DNA from: Fusobacteriota bacterium
GTDB lineage: Bacteria > Fusobacteriota > Fusobacteriia > Fusobacteriales > JBNJFI01
Length of the DNA stretch: 64,000 bases
Direction: 5' to 3'
Assembly (NCBI GenBank): GCA_051746725.1
Contig: JBNJFI010000002.1
Span: forward strand, 2,460-66,459
The notes under the pieces were generated by a model that searched no databases, was not told where the DNA came from, and saw nothing but the letters and a program-made list of their open reading frames with translations. A program made the position numbers and the translations under genes. Below, one piece after another: positions 28,430 through 36,125 of this stretch. Numbering within the stretch: the first letter of the stretch is position 1; every line of letters begins with the position of its first letter.

Positions 28430-28457
28430 ATATTACATAACATACATTATCGGACGT
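28430..28457. other. dif: candidate dif site (Xer recombinase chromosome-dimer resolution site)
   Basis: The minus strand reads ACGTCCGATAA-TGTATG-TTATGTAATAT, an 11-6-11 layout. By hand count it matches 21/28 of the remembered B. subtilis dif and 19/28 of the remembered E. coli dif. It sits in the gap where the coding strand switches. Confidence 0.55.
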
Positions 28458-28518
28458 AAAAACTTCTTTTAATATTGTTTTTCCCCTTTTTTGAATCACT
28501 CACTCTCTCCTACCTAAT

Positions 28519-29139
28519 TTAATACAAGTTTTTATGAATACTTGATAAAAATAAAGTTACATAAAATGGATTTTCCTGTTTAGAAAAATTAGTCATAGAA
28601 AACAATACTAATTCAATTATTGGTAAGTCTTCCTCATCCACTTTATCACACATATCATAAATTTTCTTTTCAATTTCTACTATTTTGGATTTAACAAATA
28701 CTTCTGGTATAGCAATTTTTATCATATCATTAAAACTGGTATTTTCAGAGGCTCCATACTTTAATTGCTCTTTTGCCAATTGAACATATTTTTCTATATC
28801 CTTTTTTGGCAATAAGAACTCATCATATTTATTTAAGAAGTAATCAAACTTTTTTAAAATATGATCTATTTCATGATTAGAAAAAAAGTCAGTAAATTTA
28901 TTCTTTGTATTTGAAATATCTAAAATTAACTTCTCTTCTTCTTGTGAAACAATTCTAAGTATTTCTATATCTTCTAATTTTTTTAAATTATTAATTATTA
29001 CCTTTTTTGAAAATCCAGTCTCCTCTGTTAGTTTATTCAAAGATATTTTAAACTTTGATTTTTCTTCTAAAATATCAAAATTCAAACTAGTTCTTAAAAT
29101 ATTATAAAAAGCTATTTCCTTTGAAGTATATCTGTCCAT
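28519..29139 (-). CDS. hypothetical protein with an N-terminal winged-helix-like DNA-binding segment
   Basis: LNKLTEETGFSKKVIINNLKKLEDIEILRIV looks like an HTH/wHTH and the rest is unrecognised. The gene starts 17 nt downstream of dapF, so co-transcription is likely. Confidence 0.4.
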   Translation of the reverse strand: MDRYTSKEIAFYNILRTSLNFDILEEKSKFKISLNKLTEETGFSKKVIINNLKKLEDIEILRIVSQEEEKLILDISNTKNKFTDFFSNHEIDHILKKFDYFLNKYDEFLLPKKDIEKYVQLAKEQLKYGASENTSFNDMIKIAIPEVFVKSKIVEIEKKIYDMCDKVDEEDLPIIELVLFSMTNFSKQENPFYVTLFLSSIHKNLY

Positions 29140-29156
29140 TTAACTCATCTCCTCTA

Positions 29157-30014
29157 CTAAACTTTGATGGTCCCCTCGAAAACCAGAGTAGCAGGACCAG
29201 TTTTAAATATTTTATTAGTCTCTTTGTCCCATTCAATTGTCAAATCTCCACCTAGAAGGTGTATTTTAGCTTTTCGATCTGCTTTATCGTTTAAGACTGC
29301 AGCGACTAACGACGCCGATGCTCCTGTTCCACAGGCCAAAGTTTCGCCAGCTCCTCTTTCCCAAACTCTCATATTCATCTCATTCCTTGAAAGTACTTCT
29401 ATAAATTCGATATTTGCTTTTTCTGGAAATCGTTGATGTTTTTCTAAAATAGGACCATATTCAAAAATATGCTCATCTGTTATTTTATCTACAAAAATAA
29501 CTCCATGTGGATTTCCCATAGACACAACTGTTATTTCAAATTCTTTATCGCCAGCAGATATTTTTTCTGAAACACCATTTTTATCAGAATCTTTGGAAAT
29601 AAAAGGAACTTTTTTTGGATCTAAAATAGGTTGCCCCATATCTACCCGAACTGTATTAACTATACCATTTTCATCAGGATTTACTTTAGGAATAATAGTT
29701 CCTGCTAAAGTTTCCACCTCAAATTGTTCTTTAGTTATAATATCATTGTCATATACAAATTTAGCATAACATCTAATTCCATTCCCACACATTTCAGGTT
29801 CGCTACCATCAGGATTGAAAATTCTAAATCTTATATCATGGGTATCTGAATTATTCACAACCATTAAGCCGTCTCCACCAATTCCAAAATGTCTATCACA
29901 TACTTTCTCTGCCAAAGAACTATAATCTATATGACTTTTTATTTTTTCATCTCTATCATCTATAATTACAAAATCGTTCCCAGCACCTTCTACTTTCGAA
30001 AAAATTATTTTCAT
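29157..30014 (-). CDS. dapF: diaminopimelate epimerase
   Basis: FSKVEGAGNDFVIID is present, with catalytic Cys motifs MCGNGIRC and ACGTGASA. Confidence 0.9.
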   Translation of the reverse strand: MKIIFSKVEGAGNDFVIIDDRDEKIKSHIDYSSLAEKVCDRHFGIGGDGLMVVNNSDTHDIRFRIFNPDGSEPEMCGNGIRCYAKFVYDNDIITKEQFEVETLAGTIIPKVNPDENGIVNTVRVDMGQPILDPKKVPFISKDSDKNGVSEKISAGDKEFEITVVSMGNPHGVIFVDKITDEHIFEYGPILEKHQRFPEKANIEFIEVLSRNEMNMRVWERGAGETLACGTGASASLVAAVLNDKADRKAKIHLLGGDLTIEWDKETNKIFKTGPATLVFEGTIKV

Positions 30015-30046
30015 TATAAACCTCCTAATTTTTTATCTTATATTTA

Positions 30047-30075
30047 AGTGTAGCATATAAATTTTGATATTTCAA
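30047..30075 (-). promoter_or_regulatory. putative promoter of dapF (TTGAAA-17-TACACT)
   Basis: On the minus strand the -35 TTGAAA lies at 30075-30070 and the -10 TACACT at 30052-30047, about 30 nt upstream of the dapF RBS. Confidence 0.4.
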
Positions 30076-30100
30076 TATTTATTATAATTTATTTAATAAA

Positions 30101-30823
30101 TTATAATATTTTGCTAAAAAACTCCTGAGTTCTTTCTTCTTTTGGATTAGCGAAAATTTCTTTAGGATCTCCTTTTTCTACTATTATTCCTTCATCCATA
30201 AAGAAAAGCCTTGTAGAAACCTCTCTAGCAAACCCCATTTCATGAGTTACTACAACCATTGTCATCCCTTCTTTTGCCAAATCCACCATAACATCCAATA
30301 CTTCTTTAATCATTTCTGGATCCAAAGCTGATGTAGGTTCATCAAATAATAGAACTTCAGGTTCCATTGCCATTGCACGTGCTATAGCAATCCTTTGTTT
30401 TTGCCCTCCTGATAATTTATTTGGATAAACATCTCTTTTTTCTTCTAACCCTACTTTTTTGAGTAATTCCATAGCTAATTTTTCAGCTTCTTTTCGTTTC
30501 ATTTTTTTTACTTTTATAGGAGCTAAAATTATATTTTCTAAAACTGTTTTGTGAGGAAATAAATTAAAATGTTGAAATACAATTCCAACTTTAGTTCTAA
30601 TTTTATTTATATTTATTTTATCTTGTGTAATATTAGTTCCATCTATTATAATATCACCTTCAGTTGGTTCTTCTAAAAGATTTAAACATCTCAAAAAAGT
30701 TGATTTCCCAGATCCAGAAGGTCCTATTATAGAGATAACTTCTCCCTGCTCAATTGTTTCATCTATACCCTTTAATACTTTTAAACTACCAAAACTTTTT
30801 TTTAATCCAACTGTTTTAATCAC
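30101..30823 (-). CDS. polar amino-acid ABC transporter ATP-binding protein (GlnQ-like)
   Basis: Motifs seen are [23 protein letters not shown] and [11 protein letters not shown]. Confidence 0.9.
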   Translation of the reverse strand: MIKTVGLKKSFGSLKVLKGIDETIEQGEVISIIGPSGSGKSTFLRCLNLLEEPTEGDIIIDGTNITQDKININKIRTKVGIVFQHFNLFPHKTVLENIILAPIKVKKMKRKEAEKLAMELLKKVGLEEKRDVYPNKLSGGQKQRIAIARAMAMEPEVLLFDEPTSALDPEMIKEVLDVMVDLAKEGMTMVVVTHEMGFAREVSTRLFFMDEGIIVEKGDPKEIFANPKEERTQEFFSKIL

Positions 30824-31523
30824 TTTCCTTTAATCTCCTTTCAATTATACGCATGAAATATGTAAAGGTTCCTGTTAAAATTAAATATATAATTCCAACA
30901 GCAAGAAGTGGTTCTACTCCTCTATAGGTCTGACTAGTTATAACATTTGCTGATCTTAATAAATCCATTCCGCCTATAAATCCTACAATAGAAGTTTCCT
31001 TTAATAATATGATAAACTCACTTACTAGAGTAGGCAATATTTTTTTTATAGCTTGGGGTATAATAACCTCTTTCATAGATTGAGGAAAAGTTAATCCTAA
31101 GGACCTAGCCGCTTCCATTTGGCCTTTATCAAGTCCTTCTATTCCAGCTCTTATTATCTCTGCAACATATGCTCCACTATTCATTCCAAATGCTAAACCA
31201 GCTACTAATAATATTGGAGCACCTCTTAATCCCCCAACAAAGATTATATTTGCCATTATCATTAACTGAACAACAACAGGAGTTCCTCTAATTAAATCAA
31301 TATATCCCAAAGCTAATACTGAGAGAGGATTTACATCTGAAAATTTTTTGAACTTTTTAAAAGGGTAAAAATGTGATAGTCTCAACATTGCAATAAAAAT
31401 ACCTATGATTACTCCAATAATCGCAGAAAGCAAAGTAACCTTTAAAGAAAATGCTAATCCTCTTAATATATACAAATATCTTTGGTCGCCTAAAAAAATT
31501 TCTAATAATCCCATTTCTTTCAT
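30816..31523 (-). CDS. polar amino-acid ABC transporter permease (HisMQ/GlnP family)
   Basis: The EAA loop [18 protein letters not shown] is present. The probable start at 31523 follows GAGGTG; the track ORF extends to 31535. Confidence 0.85.
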   Translation of the reverse strand: MKEMGLLEIFLGDQRYLYILRGLAFSLKVTLLSAIIGVIIGIFIAMLRLSHFYPFKKFKKFSDVNPLSVLALGYIDLIRGTPVVVQLMIMANIIFVGGLRGAPILLVAGLAFGMNSGAYVAEIIRAGIEGLDKGQMEAARSLGLTFPQSMKEVIIPQAIKKILPTLVSEFIILLKETSIVGFIGGMDLLRSANVITSQTYRGVEPLLAVGIIYLILTGTFTYFMRIIERRLKESD

Positions 31524-31574
31524 AAAGCACCTCATCCTATAATTTGATCCTTATTATTTATTTTCAAAATAATA

Positions 31575-31600
31575 AAATGGTTAGCAATGCTAACCATTTT
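31575..31600 (-). terminator. intra-operon hairpin/attenuator after the substrate-binding protein gene
   Basis: AAAATGGTTAGC-aa-GCTAACCATTTT is a perfect 12-bp stem with flanking A/T runs. It lies between the binding-protein and permease genes. Confidence 0.55.
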
Positions 31601-31663
31601 ACTATAATCAAGTTCAATAATTAAATTTAATATATTAATGTTTAAAATCTTATAATTTTAAAA

Positions 31664-32392
31664 TCATTCTTGAAAATATTTTTTTATTAATATATCATAT
31701 TCGCCATTATCTTTTAATTTATTTAATGACTTATTTATATCATTAGTCAATTTATTATTATCTTTATTTATAGCAATAGCATATTCTTCTTTTGTTAATT
31801 CTTGTGGTAAAACTTTCAAGCCTTTATTCTGTTTAACAAAGTTTTTAGCTGGTTCAGAATCTAAAATAATGGCATCTAATTTTTCATTTTTTAATTCCAT
31901 TATTGCTGCAAAAGCTGCATTATATTTTTTTAATTCTACATTATCTATCTTTTGAGCTTCAACATCTCCAGTTGTTCCTAATTGAACTCCAATCTTTTTC
32001 CCTTTAAGATCTTCTGAATTTTTAATATTATTATTGTTATCTCTAACTATTATAACTTGACTAGCTTCATAATATGCATCGCTAAAATTAACATTCTCTG
32101 CTCTTTCTTTTGTCGCTGTCATTCCAGCAATTACAAAATCAACTTTATCACTTTGTAAAGCAGGAATTAACCCATCAAATCTCATGTCTACTATTTTCAA
32201 TTCTTTTCCTAAATCTTCAGATATCTTTTTTGCTAAATCAATATCAAATCCCGTAATCTTACCTCCTTCTCGATATTCAAAAGGTGGAAATTCTGCATTA
32301 GTTCCCATAACTATTTCATTATTACTTTCTCCACAACCAACAAAACCAAAGGTTGTAATCACAACTAAAATTGCTATTAATATCTTTTTCAT
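31664..32392 (-). CDS. polar amino-acid ABC transporter substrate-binding lipoprotein
   Basis: The lipobox is TFGFVGC. GFDIDLAKKI and DFVIAGMTAT are family-3 SBP motifs. Confidence 0.85.
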   Translation of the reverse strand: MKKILIAILVVITTFGFVGCGESNNEIVMGTNAEFPPFEYREGGKITGFDIDLAKKISEDLGKELKIVDMRFDGLIPALQSDKVDFVIAGMTATKERAENVNFSDAYYEASQVIIVRDNNNNIKNSEDLKGKKIGVQLGTTGDVEAQKIDNVELKKYNAAFAAIMELKNEKLDAIILDSEPAKNFVKQNKGLKVLPQELTKEEYAIAINKDNNKLTNDINKSLNKLKDNGEYDILIKKYFQE

Positions 32393-32421
32393 TTTATCTC
32401 TCCTTATAATTTGATAATTTT

Positions 32422-32450
32422 ATTATACCAAAATAAAGCTGTTGTGTCAA
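32422..32450 (-). promoter_or_regulatory. consensus sigma70-type promoter of the amino-acid ABC operon (TTGACA-17-TATAAT)
   Basis: On the minus strand TTGACA lies at 32450-32445 and TATAAT at 32427-32422 with a 17-nt spacer, about 25 nt upstream of the AAGGAGAG RBS. Confidence 0.75.
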
Positions 32451-32499
32451 TCTTGGTATACAAATTAACTAGTAAATTTTTTTAATTCCTTATTGCTTT

Positions 32500-33153
32500 T
32501 CATATTAGAAAAATACTTTTCATTATATCTTTAAAATTTGAATATGGTATATAATCCATATTGTTTTCCTTAGAAAATTTTTCAAGTTTACAACCCTTTT
32601 TTGCAAAAATTATATCTGCATATTTACTAGCACATAAATCAGAGCTACCATCTCCGACAAATATAACATTATCATACTCTTTTTTATATTTTAAAAGTAT
32701 CTCTTTTTTGCATATACCACAAAATCCACAATTTTTATTATAAGGATACCTAACTTTAATATTTTTTTCTTTAAATATTAACTCATTGGAATACATCTTT
32801 TCTTTATCAATCTCTAAACCACTTTTTTCTAAAGTATAAATTATATTATTATATGTTCCAGCACTAACAATTCGAAATTCATATTCTAACTTCAAAAATT
32901 CTTTGAAATATTCGTCAATTTTTACATTAATTCCAATTTGGTTATTATAATCTAATTCACTAATAAAAAGACTTGAAAGTAATCCAGATAAATATTCCCT
33001 TATATTTATATCTTGATTTTTAAAATTAGTATGAAACTTATCTAAAAGATTTTCATCATGACTTCTAATCAATTCATCAGTTGTATCTTTATCTGTTATT
33101 GTCTTATCAAAATCTATTAAAAAGATAGAGTTTTTCTTTTTTAATTTTATCAT
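32500..33153 (-). CDS. HAD-superfamily (subfamily IB) phosphatase, MtnX/PSPase-like
   Basis: Motif I is FLIDFDKTITDKDT and motif IV is VGDGSSD. The internal Cys cluster CGFCGICK is as in MtnX-type enzymes. Confidence 0.65.
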   Translation of the reverse strand: MIKLKKKNSIFLIDFDKTITDKDTTDELIRSHDENLLDKFHTNFKNQDINIREYLSGLLSSLFISELDYNNQIGINVKIDEYFKEFLKLEYEFRIVSAGTYNNIIYTLEKSGLEIDKEKMYSNELIFKEKNIKVRYPYNKNCGFCGICKKEILLKYKKEYDNVIFVGDGSSDLCASKYADIIFAKKGCKLEKFSKENNMDYIPYSNFKDIMKSIFLI

Positions 33154-33195
33154 GATTTATCCCTTCTTTTTATATTAGTAAATTATATTATAAAC

Positions 33196-33225
33196 AAAAA
33201 ATAAAAAAAAGCACATTTGTGCTTT
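33196..33225 (-). terminator. intrinsic terminator after tRNA-Thr
   Basis: The minus strand reads AAAGCAC-aaat-GTGCTTTTTTTTATTTTTT. Confidence 0.7.
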
Positions 33226-33228
33226 AAA

Positions 33229-33305
33229 TGGAGCCGCCTGCCCGAGTCGAACGGGCGACCTACTGATTACAAGTCAGTTGCTCTGGCCATCTGAGCTAAG
33301 GCGGC
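33229..33305 (-). tRNA. tRNA-Thr (anticodon UGU), CCA encoded
   Basis: The hand-folded cloverleaf has acceptor GCCGCCT/AGGCGGC, anticodon stem ACTGA/TCAGT, loop CTTGTAA, T-arm GCCCG-TTCGACT-CGGGC and a terminal CCA. Confidence 0.9.
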
Positions 33306-33320
33306 AATATTATATGGTTT

Positions 33321-33397
33321 TGGCGGGAGTGACGAGATTCGAACTCGCGACCTCCTGCGTGACAGGCAGGCGCTCTAACCAGCTGAGCTACACCCCC
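33321..33397 (-). tRNA. tRNA-Asp (anticodon GUC), CCA encoded
   Basis: The cloverleaf has acceptor GGGGGTG/CACTCCC, anticodon stem CCTGC/GCAGG, loop CTGTCAC, T-arm GCGAG-TTCGAAT-CTCGT and a terminal CCA. Confidence 0.9.
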
Positions 33398-33412
33398 TCA
33401 ACCACGAAGATA

Positions 33413-33441
33413 AGTATATCATGTTTTATATTGTTTGTCAA
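33413..33441 (-). promoter_or_regulatory. near-consensus promoter for the tRNA-Asp/tRNA-Thr pair (TTGACA-17-TATACT)
   Basis: On the minus strand TTGACA lies at 33441-33436, inside the 3' end of the PHP CDS. TATACT lies at 33418-33413, about 15 nt upstream of the mature tRNA-Asp 5' end. Confidence 0.65.
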
Positions 33442-34114
33442 TATTTTTATTAATTTTTTTTAGAAGTGATCTAGAGTTTTCTTTAACTACCTTATATGCC
33501 CTTTCTTTGGATAATCCAGATGAAATTGCAACTTTATAAGCAAACTCTTGCGTAATAAAATCTCCCGGAGTATGTCCATCTGAGTTTACTATTAAATTAG
33601 CATTATATTGATTAGCCTTTTTTGCTACATGTCCATTTGAAAGTGAATGGCCTCTTCTAGCTGAAAGTTCTAAGAAAACATTATTTTCTGCAGCTTTTTT
33701 GACAACATCATCTTTAATTAATCCTGGATGAGCTAAAACATCTACATATTTAGAGGAAACTGCAGCCAAATTTGTACCTTTTGTTACTGGTTCAACTATA
33801 GTTTCTCCGTGAACTATTACAATTTTTGCTCCTTTTTCTTTAGCTTGTTTTGCTAAATCATCAATTAATTCAGGTGGTACATGAGTTAATTCTACGCCAG
33901 GAAGTATTTCTATATCATAATACTTTCCTTCCTTTTTTATAACACTATTTATTTTAGTTAATATTTCATCTATATTACTTATATCAGCATGATCAGTTAT
34001 ACCTATGCATGCATATCCGAGCTTCTCAGCTCTTCTTATGTGTTCACTTAGTAGTAGGACTCCGTCACTCAAAAAAGTGTGTGTATGGAACTCGTATCTC
34101 TTTCCTAAATTCAT
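33419..34114 (-). CDS. PHP-domain metal-dependent phosphoesterase
   Basis: YEFHTHTFLSDG, GITDHAD, VHGE and NSDGH are PHP His/Asp metal motifs. The ATG at 34114 is preceded by GAGGAGG; the track ORF extends to 34186 without an RBS. Confidence 0.75.
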   Translation of the reverse strand: MNLGKRYEFHTHTFLSDGVLLLSEHIRRAEKLGYACIGITDHADISNIDEILTKINSVIKKEGKYYDIEILPGVELTHVPPELIDDLAKQAKEKGAKIVIVHGETIVEPVTKGTNLAAVSSKYVDVLAHPGLIKDDVVKKAAENNVFLELSARRGHSLSNGHVAKKANQYNANLIVNSDGHTPGDFITQEFAYKVAISSGLSKERAYKVVKENSRSLLKKINKNIDKQYKT

Positions 34115-34239
34115 TGTTTCCTCCTCATATTTCTTTGATTCGTATATATAAGCTTTTGATTTTTTATTAATTTTATACGTTATCAATTAAAATTATTTAG
34201 ATTAGTACTTAAAATAAAAAACATTGCAACCTGGAATTT

Positions 34240-34722
34240 TGTTATTTTTAAGAAAAAAAATATAAAAGTATTTTATGTTTTTTTGGCTTACGATATAGAT
34301 ATTTTGTTCATTAATTCTTATTTTTTTTAGATAAAGCAGATAAATTTGATATGACTTTACCGCACATAATGAAGAGAATGGTGTAAGTAAGTCTTATTAT
34401 TTCCAGAAAAAAACATATTTTTATATATTTTTTTCTTATGATATAGATATTTTGTTCATTAATTTTTATTTTCTTTAGGTAAAACAGATAAGTTTGTATA
34501 TGACTTTACCGCACACAATGAAGAGAATGGTGTAAGGTAAGTCTTATTATTTCCAGAAAAAAACATATTTTTATATATTTTTTTCTTATGATATAGATAT
34601 TTTGTTCATTAATTTTTATTTTCTTTAGGTAAAACAGATAAGTTTGTATATGACTTTACCGCACACAATAAAGACCATTGTGTTCGGTAAGTCTCATTAC
34701 CTTCAGAAAAAAACTCTGAAGG
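34240..34722. repeat. tandem direct repeats, three copies of a ~150-bp unit, each containing a long imperfect hairpin
   Basis: Unit starts lie near 34287, 34435 and 34585, giving periods of 148 and 150 bp. About 86 bp of copies 2 and 3 are identical, and the 41-bp linker is identical between the 1/2 and 2/3 junctions. The hairpins lie at 34353-34393, 34502-34543 and 34652-34693 (GACTTTACCGCACA...GTGT..GGTAAGTC). Confidence 0.9.
34700..34722 (-). terminator. hairpin just downstream of the CBS-HATPase gene stop
   Basis: CCTTCAGA-7 nt-TCTGAAGG is a perfect 8-bp stem lying 11 nt after the stop. The T-run is in the loop rather than downstream, so terminator activity is uncertain. Confidence 0.35.
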
Positions 34723-34732
34723 CAATTCGGCT

Positions 34733-35665
34733 TTACATCCAAAAAAGCATTTCCAACTTAGTACCATTTCCTTTTTCTGAGGTAATGAGCAATTTATCTG
34801 CAAATCTATTTATATTAGCAAGACCCATACCAGCACCAAAGCCAAGTGATCTAATGTATTCAGGGGCAGTAGAAAAGCCAGTCTCCATTGCCTTATCAAT
34901 GTTTTCTATTCCTGGTCCAATATCTTCAATAATAACCATTATCGAATCTCTATCAATTTTGACCAATATCTTTCCAATTCCTCCACCATGAATAACAACA
35001 TTCACTTCTGCCTCATAGGTAGCAATACTTATTTTTCTTATTAATTTATCATCAAATTCCTTCTTTTTCAAGTATTCTTTTAGTAGAGCAGATCCTTCTC
35101 CTGCATCATTAACATCATTATTATTTATATCATATTTAAATTCTGTATTTTTATTTTGGATCTTATCCTTTATTAAAATAGATAATGGAGAATTTAATAT
35201 CTCACGTCTTCTTTCATCATGAAGATATAATGCAGATAATTTTCTAACTACAGTAAAAAGTATATCTTTTTTGGTAATTAAACCTACTAAATTGTTTTCA
35301 GAATCTACAACAGGATATCTTCCATAATCATAAGTCGATATATATTCTATGATTTTTTCGAAACTATCTTTTTCATTTAAAGTTAAAACCTCTTTATCAG
35401 GAGAATTCAATATTTTAGTTTCAATTTCTTGTTTTTCTAAAACTTTTATGATATCTTCCATTGTTATTATATTTACTAATTTATTTTCGGGAGTAACAAT
35501 TGGGATCCCTGATATTTTTTCATCTTTCATTATCTGTTGAGCACGTTTGTATGTATCTTCTTTAGTTAATGATATTACACTTGTATTCATAACTTTTTTG
35601 ACATTGAGATCTGTAAAAAAATCTATATATCTTTTTAATAGCATTAACTCTTTATCTTTTTGCAT
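34733..35665 (-). CDS. CBS-pair domain protein fused to an HATPase_c (anti-sigma-factor/Ser kinase-like) ATP-binding domain
   Basis: The N-terminal half has two CBS repeats (ISGIPIV..., YGRYPVVDSENNLVGLITKKDI). The C-terminal half has an N-box EAEVNVVIHG, a G1 box EDIGPGI and a G2 box GFGAGMGL. Confidence 0.7.
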   Translation of the reverse strand: MQKDKELMLLKRYIDFFTDLNVKKVMNTSVISLTKEDTYKRAQQIMKDEKISGIPIVTPENKLVNIITMEDIIKVLEKQEIETKILNSPDKEVLTLNEKDSFEKIIEYISTYDYGRYPVVDSENNLVGLITKKDILFTVVRKLSALYLHDERRREILNSPLSILIKDKIQNKNTEFKYDINNNDVNDAGEGSALLKEYLKKKEFDDKLIRKISIATYEAEVNVVIHGGGIGKILVKIDRDSIMVIIEDIGPGIENIDKAMETGFSTAPEYIRSLGFGAGMGLANINRFADKLLITSEKGNGTKLEMLFWM

Positions 35666-35687
35666 CGATTACCTCCTAAAAGTTGAC

Positions 35688-36032
35688 TTAACATGATGGG
35701 ATATCTTGCTCATACAGCTTTCCACAAGCAGGATATAACAATTTATCTGTTACTAACATTGGAATTCCTACTTTATTTGATAGGTCAATAGTATCCTGCT
35801 TTGGCATTTTACCTCTAACAAACATAATTGCTTCTAAATCCATCATCTGAGCAGTTCTTATGACTTGAGGAGTTATTAACCCTGTTAATAGTAATGCTCC
35901 CTCTTTTGAAAAAGCCAAAACCTCACTCATCATATCTGCAGCACCAACAGCTTTTATCTCAATATTATCAATTTTATCTTCACAAGTAATAACTTTTGCA
36001 TCAAGTATTTTAGAAATTTCAGATAGTCTCAT
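35688..36032 (-). CDS. DRTGG-domain protein
   Basis: The protein is 114 aa. ALLLTGLITPQVIRTAQMMDLEAIMFVRG matches the DRTGG-type fold pattern. It lies directly upstream of the CBS-HATPase gene. Confidence 0.6.
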   Translation of the reverse strand: MRLSEISKILDAKVITCEDKIDNIEIKAVGAADMMSEVLAFSKEGALLLTGLITPQVIRTAQMMDLEAIMFVRGKMPKQDTIDLSNKVGIPMLVTDKLLYPACGKLYEQDIPSC

Positions 36033-36125
36033 TTTTAACTCCTTTTTTAATTTTTAATATTATTTTCACATACACACTATTAAAAACATGTTTATTTAAC
36101 CATGTTCTTAATCAACCAACCTTCT

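Noticed and set aside
28397-28516. A 7-bp inverted repeat, TAGGTAG (28399-28405) and CTACCTA (28510-28516), brackets the dif-like site.
   Set aside because: It is only 7 bp and extension on either side breaks the match. It is expected by chance in about 130 bp and is too weak to call an accessory site.
33278-33463. A 61-aa + strand ORF spans the tRNA region.
   Set aside because: It overlaps two well-folding tRNA genes on the opposite strand. Its GC-rich stretch is the tRNA sequence itself.
34287-34620. Mini-ORFs are conserved within the tandem repeats. MNKISIS lies on the - strand, with a TCA/TCG synonymous difference between copies. MTLPH(T/I)MKRMV lies on the + strand.
   Set aside because: Neither has a recognisable RBS, although every real gene in this genome shows a strong GGAGG-like site. 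Seven to eleven codons arise easily by chance in AT-rich DNA. They are kept only as a note under the repeat finding.
34644-34991. A 115-aa + strand ORF starts inside repeat copy 3 and runs antisense into the CBS-HATPase gene.
   Set aside because: No Shine-Dalgarno sequence is present. The ORF is the read-through extension of a mini-frame that terminates after 11 codons in the other two repeat copies, and the remainder is shadow frame.
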